Assembly: GCA_016188385.1 (NCBI GenBank)
Contig: JACPHV010000002.1
Span: forward strand, 24,116-88,115
Length of the DNA: 64,000 bases
Reading direction: 5' to 3'
DNA from: Candidatus Uhrbacteria bacterium
Lineage (GTDB): Bacteria > Patescibacteriota > Patescibacteriia > JACQRZ01
This document shows, in pieces, positions 10,146-19,372 of the stretch (position 1 is the stretch's first letter; each line of letters opens with the position of its first letter). The position numbers and the translations under genes were made by a program. Below the pieces are notes generated by a model, which worked only from the letters and a program-made list of their open reading frames with translations, searched no databases and was not told the origin of the DNA.

Positions 10146-11254
10146 AGAAGACACTGCTCGTCACATTGGATTATTATCCCTCGGTTGGGGGCGTTTCGAA
10201 TTATTGGCTCTCATTAGGCGAACATATTCCCGCTTCACGTTTTTCTGTGCTGGCTCCGAGTTTGCCTGTCGGCATGAAAGAAGTAGCAGTCCCATATCGT
10301 ATCCATCGCTTGCGGATGCTGTCGCGTTTTTTTATCCCTCGCTGGCTCCCGCTTATTTTTAAGATTATGTTCATCGCACGCCGCGAAGGCATTGAAGCCA
10401 TACTGGCGGGACAGGTCTTGCCAGTCGGCGCCGCTGTATCCGTCGCTGCCAGACTTTTGCATATACCCTACTATATATCGGCGCATGGCATGGATGTTGC
10501 CTTGCCATTAAGGCATTCGCGCAAGCGGATTCTCTGCGGACGCATTCTTAGAGGATCTCGATTTGTGATCGCAAATAGCGAATACACGGCTCGTATAATC
10601 CGCCAATACGGAGTTAAGAACAAGCGCATTGTCTTTGTATTTCCGTGCCCGAAGATTAATCGCGGTGAATGGGATGTATCTTCAGCAAGAATAGGCGAAA
10701 GAAAGGAAATCCTCTTGCTCACTGTCGGGCGACTCGTCAAGCGAAAAGGGCACGAATATGTAATCCGCGCGCTTGAGCGACTTCGCGATTATACGCCGAT
10801 CGTGTATTATACGATCGTTGGCGATGGATCCGAACGAACATATCTCGAACACCTGGCCACTACGCTTGGAATAGCGGACCGCATTTTGTTTGCCGGTGTC
10901 CTGCGAGATGAAGCAGTGCGGCAGTGGTACCGGAAATGCGATATATTTATTATGACGCCGTATGAGATACATGGAGATGTCGAGGGATTTGGAATTGTGT
11001 ATCTTGAGGCAAATGCGTTTGGCAAACCGGTCATTGCATCGCGTAGCGGGGGAGTGGAGTCGGCCGTATTGCATGGTAAGACGGGTTTGATCGTGGCACC
11101 GCAAGATGTCGATGCGATTGTGGATGCGATTCGCACGTTGTGCGATGATCCTTCGTACGCCGTTTCGCTCGGATCGTTTGGGAAAGATCGCGTGGAGCAG
11201 GAATTCCAATGGCATGCGCAGGCCGCGGTGTTGATAAGATTGCTTAGCGAATAG
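10142..11254 (+). CDS. Glycosyltransferase family 4 (GT-B)
   Basis: YYPSVGGV, VGRLVKRKG, EGFGIVYLEA. Confidence 0.93.
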   Translation: MKKTLLVTLDYYPSVGGVSNYWLSLGEHIPASRFSVLAPSLPVGMKEVAVPYRIHRLRMLSRFFIPRWLPLIFKIMFIARREGIEAILAGQVLPVGAAVSVAARLLHIPYYISAHGMDVALPLRHSRKRILCGRILRGSRFVIANSEYTARIIRQYGVKNKRIVFVFPCPKINRGEWDVSSARIGERKEILLLTVGRLVKRKGHEYVIRALERLRDYTPIVYYTIVGDGSERTYLEHLATTLGIADRILFAGVLRDEAVRQWYRKCDIFIMTPYEIHGDVEGFGIVYLEANAFGKPVIASRSGGVESAVLHGKTGLIVAPQDVDAIVDAIRTLCDDPSYAVSLGSFGKDRVEQEFQWHAQAAVLIRLLSE

Positions 11255-11261
11255 CTCCTGT

Positions 11262-11993
11262 ATGATTTCAGTCATCATTCCTGCCTACAACAGCGCGAAA
11301 CAATTGCCGGAGACCCTTGATGCCGTATATGCCCAAACTATCAAGGATATCGAGGTGATTGTGGTTGACGACGGATCCATTGACGATACGATTCCCGCGC
11401 TGGAATGCTACCGCGATAGGATCAAGCTGATCACGCAAGGACACGCAGGTCGATGCGCCGCTCGCAATCGCGGATTTGCCGAATCAAAAGGCGACTATGT
11501 CATATTCATAGACGCGGCGGCAGTCATGAAGCCGCGCATGCTCGAAACATTATATGAGGCATTGCAAAAAACAGCCGAACCGTCATTCGCGTATTCCGCG
11601 TTCAAGTGGAGATGGAAAACTTTTTCAAGTTTTCCATACGATGCGGAGTTGCTGAAGAACATGAACTATATTCATACATCCGCCCTTATACGTCGAGAGT
11701 CTTTTGCGGGATTTGATGAGAAGATAGAAAAATTCAATGATTGGGATTTATGGCTTACCATGATGGAGAATGGACACTATGGTATCTATGTGCCGGAAGT
11801 GTTATTTGTCGTGCGGCCGCATCGTGCGACGGCAAGCGCGTGGGTACCGTCATTTTTTTACAAAATCCCATGGCACAAACTTGGCATTCGCGTTCCCGCG
11901 ATCGAGAAGTACGAGAAATGGAAAAGGGTCATACAGCAAAAACACGGAATAACGAATCACGGAATCAGAGACTCGCATGATTCGACCCCCTAG
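11262..11993 (+). CDS. Glycosyltransferase family 2
   Basis: ISVIIPAYN, VVDDGSID, AARNRG, DWDLWL; DxD position reads DAA. Confidence 0.9.
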   Translation: MISVIIPAYNSAKQLPETLDAVYAQTIKDIEVIVVDDGSIDDTIPALECYRDRIKLITQGHAGRCAARNRGFAESKGDYVIFIDAAAVMKPRMLETLYEALQKTAEPSFAYSAFKWRWKTFSSFPYDAELLKNMNYIHTSALIRRESFAGFDEKIEKFNDWDLWLTMMENGHYGIYVPEVLFVVRPHRATASAWVPSFFYKIPWHKLGIRVPAIEKYEKWKRVIQQKHGITNHGIRDSHDSTP

Positions 11994-12643
11994 AGCGTAA
12001 TTACATTGTTGTCATGAAGAGTATATGGGCCGATCGCGGTGCGTTTCAATGCCTCCACATACGCGCCGCACCCGAGCTTTATTCCTATGTCGCGAGCAAG
12101 CGCGCGAATATACGTCCCGCTTGATACGGTACAGCGGATAGTGAGCAGGGGCCACTGGCACTCTACGGTTTCAATGGAATAAATCATTACTCGTTTCGGT
12201 TTCAGATTCGGTCGGCCGCCTTTCCGCGCGATTTCATATGCTTTTTTACCGTTGATCTTTTTCGCGCTGTATGCCGGAGGCGTTTGGTCGTACTCTCCGG
12301 CAAACGAGGCGATTGTTTCTTCAAGCTTCAATGGCAAAACCGGTTTAGCCATTGAAGCAGGCGTTATTTCACCTGTTCTGTCATCAGTGGAGCTTGTCGC
12401 GCCAAACCGGATCGTAGCAATGTATTCTTTGTCCATGTCGAGAAATTGTTTCTGTTGCTTTGTCGATTCGCGCCCGACAAGAATGACCAGCAAACCTTCA
12501 GCAAATGGATCGAGCGTGCCGGCATGCCCTACTCTCCTCACTCCTGTCTTGCGGCGCACCTTATCCACGATATCGTGAGAAGTAGGGCCGGAGGGTTTGT
12601 TGATTAAGAGTATTTTTGGTATATCTGTATGCATAGCAATCAC
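11990..12643 (-). CDS. truB: tRNA pseudouridine(55) synthase, short form
   Basis: KPSGPTSHD, VGHAGTLDPFAEG, QTPPAYSA, SSGTYIRALARD. Confidence 0.96.
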   Translation of the reverse strand: MIAMHTDIPKILLINKPSGPTSHDIVDKVRRKTGVRRVGHAGTLDPFAEGLLVILVGRESTKQQKQFLDMDKEYIATIRFGATSSTDDRTGEITPASMAKPVLPLKLEETIASFAGEYDQTPPAYSAKKINGKKAYEIARKGGRPNLKPKRVMIYSIETVECQWPLLTIRCTVSSGTYIRALARDIGIKLGCGAYVEALKRTAIGPYTLHDNNVITL

Positions 12644-12657
12644 GATACCCTATCAGT

Positions 12658-15123
12658 ATGAAATTATCCATAATCATTATCTCTTGGAATGTAGCCGCGC
12701 AGCTGGAGCGGTGTTTAGCATCTGTTTCTGCTGCCAAAAAACCGTCTTTGCCCCTGGAAGTGATCGTAGTCGATAATGCATCTTCTGATGGAACACCGGA
12801 TATGATACGAGCACGCTTTCCTAAAACGGCTCTCATCGTTAATTCGGACAATAAGGGCTTTGCGGTTGCCTGCAATCAAGGAATACGCATAGCTCGAGGA
12901 GAATACATGTGTTTTTTGAATCCTGATACGGAAGTAAACACGGAAGCTTTGCAAAAGCTCGTCGCATATCTCGATACGAATGCTGATGTCGGTATCGTCG
13001 CGCCTCGATTGCGGAATGATGATGGCAGCATCCAAAAATCAATCCGTCGATTTCCGACTCCTCTCGCGCTGCTTGAGATTTTTTTTAAGCTTGATCGTTT
13101 ACCGATACCTCTAGCCGCTACGCGAAATTACATGGCCACTGATTTCGATTATTTGCTGACGCAGGAAGTTGAACAACCAATGGGTGCATGCTTGGTAGTG
13201 CGAAAAAAAACACTTGATACGGCGGGTTTGTTCGATGAACGGTTTTTTATCTGGTTTGAGGAAGTTGATTTGTGCAAACGTATCAAGGAGTCAGGATATA
13301 AGATTGTATACTTGGCTGACGCGTCAATCATCCATCAGCGCGCTCAAAGTTTTAGCAAGCAGGATCTGTTGATTCGTCAGAGAAATTTTTACACCAGCGC
13401 GAGACGATATCTGGATAAGCATTACCCTGCTGATAGAATTGCGCGAGCGGCATCCTCTATCTTTGAGTCCTATACTGCGCTGATATCGTTTTTCATTTCG
13501 CTGCGAGCCGGCATCCCGCAAAAACGCGAAGGAGCGTTTTTTGACATGAGCGTATTTGCATGCGCATTTCTTGCGATCGGCGCGATTGAATTTATTTCCA
13601 TTCTCGTATATTCCGACTTCATCCCACCCATAGGGGCGTTTCTCATGGTTAGCGCCGCCGCGGCAGGTTTAGCGCTCTGGCGACCTGATATCGGCGCGGG
13701 GATTTTGTTGGCTGAATTAATAATCGGATCAAAAGGGTATTTGTTTTCTATTGATTCGTGGGATTGGAGATTTCCAATACGTATGGCGCTTTTTTCCGCC
13801 GTATTGTTTGCGTGGGGCGTCCGCTTCACGCGTGATGTGATCGTGGCTGTCAAAGATAAGCAACCCATACCGGTGCCGCTAATCGCGCGCTCTCGTTTCT
13901 TATGGTGGTATGTCGCCATGGGGGGGATTGTCGCGTATGGATTTATTGCAGCAGGTATTTTCGGCAATCCTTTCAGCAATAGTATCAACGACGGCAACGC
14001 GTGGCTATTTTTCCTAGCCGCACCGGTGCTTTATGAGGCATTTCGAACGCGCGACACTCTTCCATTCGTCGTAGCTCTGATCGCTGCGGGGGTGGGCGCG
14101 CAGACAATTAAAGTGCTTCTTACTTTTTATGTCATGGGACATGAGGGATTCACCAACGTGATATTAACTCCATGGTATCATTGGATCAGAAATACCGGAG
14201 TGGGGGAAATCACATCACTTCCTTCAATGATGACTCGGGTATTTTTTCAAAGTCAGATATTCGCGCTTGCCGTGTTTGCCGGTATCGGAGCGTTTACGCT
14301 GATGTATTTTATACGCCGATGCGACGTACGCAGAGAGACAGTTCGCGCGGCTATCGTGCACGGTCTTGTGAAATATCGGTGGATGATTTTTTTTCAGAGT
14401 GTCCTTTGCGCATCGCTTATCGTGAGTTTTTCGCGCAGTCTTTGGATCGCGGCTGTCGCGTCAGTTGCCACTCTTCTTTTTTGGGCGGTTCTGCATGGAG
14501 TATCCCGCAAAGCTCTTTCGGGATTGTTTGTGATGATGACCGCGTGCGCGGCATCCGGTTTCCTCTTGTTGGTGGTTATTTCAGGCATTCCATTTCCCGC
14601 GACATCCGGATTCTTTGATATTCGATCCGTACAGCAGCGGGTGAGTGATGTTGATGATGAGGCAGCTGCAGCAAGCCGCTGGCAATTATTGCCGGTACTT
14701 ATCAATGCCATACGGCAAAATCCGATCAGTGGATACGGTTTTGGCAAAACGGTCACCTACGAAAGCAATGATCCGCGGATAGCGCGAGGAGACACATCAG
14801 CTCGCTACACAACGTTTGCTTTTGAGTGGGGATATCTTGATATCTGGATTAAACTGGGCATTGTCGGTATAGCGCTCTACCTGTCATTTCTCGCCGCCAT
14901 GATTCTCTATGGTTTTTCGGTTTCAAAACAATTAAAAATTCAAAAACGATTTTCGGAATCCGCTCTTGCATTAGGCATCGTACTAGGAATCATTGCTCTT
15001 GTCGTCACGCACATATTTACTCCTTACCTGAACCATCCCCTCGGGATCGGGATTATTATGATCGCCGGTATCATGCTTGAGCGTCTTGCGGAGCAGAAGC
15101 AAGCACGGCTAATCGCAGATTGA
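12658..15123 (+). CDS. Fusion of a GT2 glycosyltransferase (rhamnosyltransferase-like) and an O-antigen ligase/Wzy_C-like membrane domain
   Basis: N-term VVDNASSD, LNPD, FEEVDLC; C-term multi-TM with SFSRSLW, R-W...NPISGYGFG, EWGYLDIWIKLG. Confidence 0.8.
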   Translation: MKLSIIIISWNVAAQLERCLASVSAAKKPSLPLEVIVVDNASSDGTPDMIRARFPKTALIVNSDNKGFAVACNQGIRIARGEYMCFLNPDTEVNTEALQKLVAYLDTNADVGIVAPRLRNDDGSIQKSIRRFPTPLALLEIFFKLDRLPIPLAATRNYMATDFDYLLTQEVEQPMGACLVVRKKTLDTAGLFDERFFIWFEEVDLCKRIKESGYKIVYLADASIIHQRAQSFSKQDLLIRQRNFYTSARRYLDKHYPADRIARAASSIFESYTALISFFISLRAGIPQKREGAFFDMSVFACAFLAIGAIEFISILVYSDFIPPIGAFLMVSAAAAGLALWRPDIGAGILLAELIIGSKGYLFSIDSWDWRFPIRMALFSAVLFAWGVRFTRDVIVAVKDKQPIPVPLIARSRFLWWYVAMGGIVAYGFIAAGIFGNPFSNSINDGNAWLFFLAAPVLYEAFRTRDTLPFVVALIAAGVGAQTIKVLLTFYVMGHEGFTNVILTPWYHWIRNTGVGEITSLPSMMTRVFFQSQIFALAVFAGIGAFTLMYFIRRCDVRRETVRAAIVHGLVKYRWMIFFQSVLCASLIVSFSRSLWIAAVASVATLLFWAVLHGVSRKALSGLFVMMTACAASGFLLLVVISGIPFPATSGFFDIRSVQQRVSDVDDEAAAASRWQLLPVLINAIRQNPISGYGFGKTVTYESNDPRIARGDTSARYTTFAFEWGYLDIWIKLGIVGIALYLSFLAAMILYGFSVSKQLKIQKRFSESALALGIVLGIIALVVTHIFTPYLNHPLGIGIIMIAGIMLERLAEQKQARLIAD

Positions 15124-16053
15124 TCCTAGCTGTTCTTTGTACCCTGCCAGAAATTCATGAGCGGATAATCCTCGCTTCCCCTCCATTTGAAGTCTTTCAA
15201 TGCTAAGCGATCCTCTGCCGCAAGCGATCATCAGTTGTCGCGGCATTTCCGATGATTGAAATATCGTTCCGGGCGCGTGATTAGCGATCGGCGTAGTGCA
15301 GGACTGCGCCTGCAAGATTTTTACGCGTTTGCCGCCGCAGTGTGTCCATGTGCCCGGCCATGGGTTGAGCGCGCGTACAGATCGTTCGATTTCTTCGCAC
15401 GACAATTTCCAGTCGATCTTACCGGAATCTCGGGTCAAAAGCCGTGTGTATGTTGCTTGCGTATCATCTTGAGCCTGCGGAGTAATCGTACCATCGATCC
15501 AGTCATTGATCGTCTTAACCAGGAGAGGTACTCCATGAGTCGTGGTTTTTTTTCTCAATGATTCAAAGGTCTCTGTAGCATGAACGGAGAAAGATTCTTG
15601 GCGCAAAATGTCGCCATGGTCTACTTTCTCATCTATGAGCATGATCGTAACGCCTGATCGCGCATCGCCTTTCAAAATAGTCTCTTGAAGGGGAGACGGA
15701 CCTCGATGACGCGGAAGGAGCGATGGGTGTACGTTGATGCATCCTTTTGGAGGAAGAGCAAGAATGGATTTTGGTATGATCTGTCCAAATGCGACGACAA
15801 CGATAAGATCAGCTTTGAGTTCCCTGATTTTTTCTGCCGAGTGTTGGGTACGCAAGTTCTCTTGCTGCAGAACAGGGATGCCATGCTTTTGCGCGCATGC
15901 CTTCACAGGCGTTGGCTCGATCAATTGCTTCCGTCCGACAGGCCGGTCCGGCTGTGATATGACAGCGACAGGCTTCATTCCTGCTTCAATGAGCCCTTCA
16001 AGATAGGGAACAGCATACGCTGGAGTGCCCATGAAGATAATGCGGTGTCTCAT
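15109..16053 (-). CDS. fmt: Methionyl-tRNA formyltransferase
   Basis: IFMGTP, SQPDRPVGR, INVHPSLLPRHRG, VRALNPWPG. Confidence 0.97.
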   Translation of the reverse strand: MRHRIIFMGTPAYAVPYLEGLIEAGMKPVAVISQPDRPVGRKQLIEPTPVKACAQKHGIPVLQQENLRTQHSAEKIRELKADLIVVVAFGQIIPKSILALPPKGCINVHPSLLPRHRGPSPLQETILKGDARSGVTIMLIDEKVDHGDILRQESFSVHATETFESLRKKTTTHGVPLLVKTINDWIDGTITPQAQDDTQATYTRLLTRDSGKIDWKLSCEEIERSVRALNPWPGTWTHCGGKRVKILQAQSCTTPIANHAPGTIFQSSEMPRQLMIACGRGSLSIERLQMEGKRGLSAHEFLAGYKEQLGSICD

Positions 16054-16862
16054 AACGGACTCTTGATATTTTTCAAAGCAGGATTGGTGAGGTGTGTATA
16101 GATTTGAGTCGTGCGGATATTCGCATGGCCGAGGAGTTCTTGCACATAGCGGACATCCACGCCGTTTTCCAATAAATGTGTTGCAAACGAATGTCGGAGG
16201 GAGTGGAATGACGCATCTTTTTTAATCTCTGCTTTTTTCAATGCCGCGCGAAAAACAGCGCTCGCTGTTCCTGCAGTGAGTTTACCACCTCGCTCGCTTT
16301 CAAAAAGATATGCCGCGGAGTCTCGCCCCGCGATGAGAGCGCGAAGATCAGTAATCAATTTTTGAGAAAGCACGGTGCGTCGATCTTTGCGTCCTTTTCC
16401 TTGACGTATCGTTATGATAAGTTCCTCAAGATCAATATCACGGACACGGAGTGAAAGCGCCTCGCTGACGCGCAGACCCGCAGCATACGAAATAGCAAGT
16501 AGAAGACGATGCTTTAGATTTTTTGATTGTGTAAGCAGACGCTCGATTTCAGTCCGTGTCAGTACGACAGGAAGTTTTTGCGAGCGTTTTGGATGGCGCA
16601 GAGAAACGTAGTCCTTGCGTTTGTATACATCGCGATACAGAAAATTAATCGCATTGGTCGCAAGCGCGACAGTTTGACTCGAAAGTCCGCGGTCATGGAG
16701 CCCAAGGAGATATATTTTTATGTCATTTTCCGATAGTTCGCGCAACGGCTTCCTCACTTTTTTGTAGAGATCACCAATAATGCGCGTATACGCCTTTATT
16801 GTTTTTGGGCTATAATTGCACAATCGCATTTCTTGGTGTAAAATCTCTACAAGGTTTGGCAT
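16050..16862 (-). CDS. Integron-integrase-like tyrosine recombinase without the I2 insertion
   Basis: N-term NYSPKTIKAY and KLPVVLT; catalytic GLRVSE, GKGRKDR, HSLRHSFATHLLE, LLGH, TTQIY; C-term KSPL; 270 aa. Confidence 0.9.
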   Translation of the reverse strand: MPNLVEILHQEMRLCNYSPKTIKAYTRIIGDLYKKVRKPLRELSENDIKIYLLGLHDRGLSSQTVALATNAINFLYRDVYKRKDYVSLRHPKRSQKLPVVLTRTEIERLLTQSKNLKHRLLLAISYAAGLRVSEALSLRVRDIDLEELIITIRQGKGRKDRRTVLSQKLITDLRALIAGRDSAAYLFESERGGKLTAGTASAVFRAALKKAEIKKDASFHSLRHSFATHLLENGVDVRYVQELLGHANIRTTQIYTHLTNPALKNIKSPL

Positions 16863-16894
16863 ATATTTCTCTGTCGTTCAATCAGTAATACTAC

Positions 16895-16924
16895 TGATAT
16901 GATACCATATTAAGTATCATATCA
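16895..16924. promoter_or_regulatory. Perfect 11-8-11 inverted repeat between the integrase start and the attI-like core (candidate recombinase/operator site)
   Basis: TGATATGATAC-CATATTAA-GTATCATATCA. Confidence 0.65.
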
Positions 16925-16935
16925 CAAAACACTAC

Positions 16936-16954
16936 CGATATCAACGAGTTATAT
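16936..16954 (+). other. attI-like primary recombination site, crossover core G|TT at 16948-16950
   Basis: Homology to the cassette left ends at 19253 and 24249 begins exactly at GTT; no attC stem upstream; 86 bp from the divergent integrase start. Confidence 0.7.
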
Positions 16955-17016
16955 GAAATACATGTTTTCCTTTGGCCTAACGGCCAGCTCTTAAAAAGAA
17001 TCCGATTTTGTTTTTC
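16948..17016 (+). repeat. Left terminal inverted arm of cassette 1
   Basis: 16948-16973 pairs with 19148-19173 (24/26); 16987-17016 pairs with 19100-19129 (30/30). Confidence 0.92.
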
Positions 17017-17098
17017 TTTTTTATTAGGGGAAATACGGTGTCCCGCCGTATTCTCGGCGGGACGATTTTATAAAAAAAATACTGTATACTAAATTCAT

Positions 17099-18246
17099 AT
17101 GAGCAATACCATAAAAACAGGTGGTTCCGAATACAACGATATTACCCAACATGAAATTCATGCCTTAAAAACCGAATTGAATCTTGCTGATGCGCATACC
17201 CACCAATCACAATCCAAGTCTCAACAAAAGAGCATAGTTGAAAACCTACCACGCCTGTGGAGTGAATCTGAACGTGCAAAACAAGTAGAAATGGAGGATA
17301 GGTTTTTGATTACTTTTTTTAGAGTGTTAAATCAGGAAGACGCACTAAAAGGGCGGTGGCAAATTATTTGATGAAGAAAAAAATGTCCGTGGCGTTGATT
17401 GAACCTTGTTTTGACAACCTGCATGATATATTGATGCACATGCAAGTCCCACTCTCTGTCTTACAAGAAGAATGGCTGTCAAATCCAAAAACGCTCTATA
17501 AAAACCTTAAGAAAAATATCACTGCGGATGCCATTTTTATAGTTGATCCAAACAATCCTACCGGACACACACTATTTAAACATCATGAGAAAGCATACAA
17601 CGAACTTATACGTTATTGTCGTGAAAATAACAAATTACTCATCATTGATTATTGTTTTGCACCATTCGTTGACTACGCGCCGGAAATAGAAGTGCCTCCA
17701 ATTTACAAAATGCTCCGTGAGTCAGGGGTACAATACATCAGTATTGAAGACACGGGAAAAACCTGGCCGCTTCAAGATACGAAAGTCGCAATGCTAAAAG
17801 TGTGTGATGAGTTGTATGAAGAGATTTATAATATACACACGGCATACTTATTGAATGTTTCTCCCTTCATTTTAAATTTGGTTACAGAGTATATCCTGGA
17901 TTCAGAAAAGGATGATTTCGGCTCGGTATACAGTTTGCTCATAAAAAATTCCAAAATCGGACAAAAAATTCTAGCCGGTTCCTTGCTGGAATATCAAGAA
18001 CCTCAAGCGAGTGTGAGTGTCATGTGGCTCAAAATCACCAACTCCAAAGTGAAGGCAACCGATTTACAAAAGTTTATTTTTGACCATTCTGGGGTCTATG
18101 TTTTACCAGGTACGTATTTTTTTTGGAGCAATCCCAAAAAAGGACAACGATTTATTAGAGTGGCTATGGCAAGAGATACGGATGTGTTTACCAAGGCCAT
18201 AAAAAAGCTACGAAAAGCACTCGACGAGTATGAAAGAAAACTCTAA
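17099..18246 (+). pseudogene. PLP-dependent arginine oxidase, RohP/MppP family; split by a frameshifting deletion near 17350-17356
   Basis: NLADAHTHQ, IEPCFDNL, DPNNPTG, IEDTGKTWP, LLNVSPF, GVYVLPG.YF.W match recalled RohP motifs; ORFs 17099-17371 and 17356-18246 are in different frames. Confidence 0.8.
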
Positions 18247-19027
18247 AATGAATGGATTGTTTGTTCCTCTCATCACACCTTTTTATCAAGGTGATTTTGA
18301 TGTGGCTTCAATGAAAAAATTGGTCGGAATTTTACAAAATAGCGTTGATGGTGTTATTCCCTGTCTTAGTTCTGGTGAAGGCGGAAAACTTTCTGATCTG
18401 GAATGGCAAAAAATTGTAGAAACCGTTTGTAAGACAACAACAAAACCAGTGTTTGCTGGGATACTAAGGGATACAGAGCAAAAGTGCCTTGCTCTAATAA
18501 AAAAATCAAATTGGCTTCCTTGCGAGGGCATCGTTATTCCAACACTCTATGATTACGAAGAAAAAAATTTGAAGTTTGTTAAAAGGGCATGCAATTTATC
18601 AAAAAAATCAATCATAGTATACAACACAGAAAAACATCCGTTTCGGTCAGTAGAAGTTATCATGAAAATTGATAAGTTCCCCAACATCGTCGCTGTAAAA
18701 GACAGTTCAATGGACATGATTTTTTTAAAAAAACTTCTTACTCTGAAAAGACGGGGAAAACTACGCTTGAGTATTTTTCAAGGCATGGAACATTTACTGT
18801 TACCATCCCAAGGTTGCGACGGATACATCTTGTCGCTACTCAATACCGAATCAAAGTTGTGCGCAACTGTATTCAAAAAGACCAATACTCAAAACAATAA
18901 AAAAATGCACAAAGTATTTTGGGAGCAAAATTTGGGGGGTAATTGGTACACTACACTCAAAGGCATCCTCTATGAACGTGGGATTATAAGATCAGCAGAA
19001 GAAATCAGACCACCAATAAAGCCGTAG
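18230..19027 (+). CDS. DHDPS/NAL-family class I aldolase (RohR-like by context)
   Basis: VPLITPF, LSSGEG, IVYN, Schiff-base AVKDSS; overlaps the rohP-like stop. Confidence 0.8.
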   Translation: MKENSKMNGLFVPLITPFYQGDFDVASMKKLVGILQNSVDGVIPCLSSGEGGKLSDLEWQKIVETVCKTTTKPVFAGILRDTEQKCLALIKKSNWLPCEGIVIPTLYDYEEKNLKFVKRACNLSKKSIIVYNTEKHPFRSVEVIMKIDKFPNIVAVKDSSMDMIFLKKLLTLKRRGKLRLSIFQGMEHLLLPSQGCDGYILSLLNTESKLCATVFKKTNTQNNKKMHKVFWEQNLGGNWYTTLKGILYERGIIRSAEEIRPPIKP

Positions 19028-19043
19028 TGTAAAAAAAAGAGGT

Positions 19044-19098
19044 GTTTGGGACGGAGGCAATTCACCCCTTTAATTCCCCTCTTGCCTCCGCCCCAAAC
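19044..19098 (+). repeat. GC-rich hairpin with TTCACCCC-containing loop (cassette 1 3' end)
   Basis: GTTTGGGACGGAGGCAA / TTGCCTCCGCCCCAAAC, 16 of 17 bp paired. Confidence 0.85.
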
Positions 19099-19099
19099 G

Positions 19100-19173
19100 G
19101 AAAAACAAAATCGGATTCTTTTTAAGAGCCATTTGCTACCGCAAATGAAAGGAAAACATGTACATCATATAAC
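19100..19173 (-). repeat. Right terminal inverted arm of cassette 1
   Basis: Reverse complement of 16948-17016, interrupted by side hairpin CATTTGC-TACC-GCAAATG. Confidence 0.92.
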
Positions 19174-19259
19174 ACTGGCTATGCGGTTCGGGCTTTTCCA
19201 AAGCCCTCTCCCATATTGCTCCCTCCGGTCGCAACATCGCATAGCCAGGAACGTTGTAC
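19167..19259 (+). repeat. attC-like site 1
   Basis: ATATAAC-A-CTGGCTATGCG...CGCATAGCCAG-GAAC-GTTGTAC. Confidence 0.82.
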
Positions 19260-19372
19260 GAAATGCATGTTTTCCTTTTGGGCTAACGCCCTGGCTCAAA
19301 AAAAGAATTCAATTTTGTTTTTTTATTAATTTGACAGGGGTAATAAGGAATAATCCTTTATTTTTTTAATGC

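Noticed and set aside
16050-16862. Housekeeping XerC/XerD or prophage integrase
   Set aside because: IntI-type termini, adjacent cassette-like sites, and no phage genes or tRNA attachment site nearby.
16948-19173. IS/transposon defined by terminal inverted repeats
   Set aside because: No transposase inside, no target-site duplication seen, and the arms end exactly at the GTT/AAC cores of attC-like sites.
19046-19369. 107-aa ORF (likewise 26499-26852 and 26635-26865)
   Set aside because: They run through the structured repeat elements; the similarity between them reflects the DNA repeat, not a protein.
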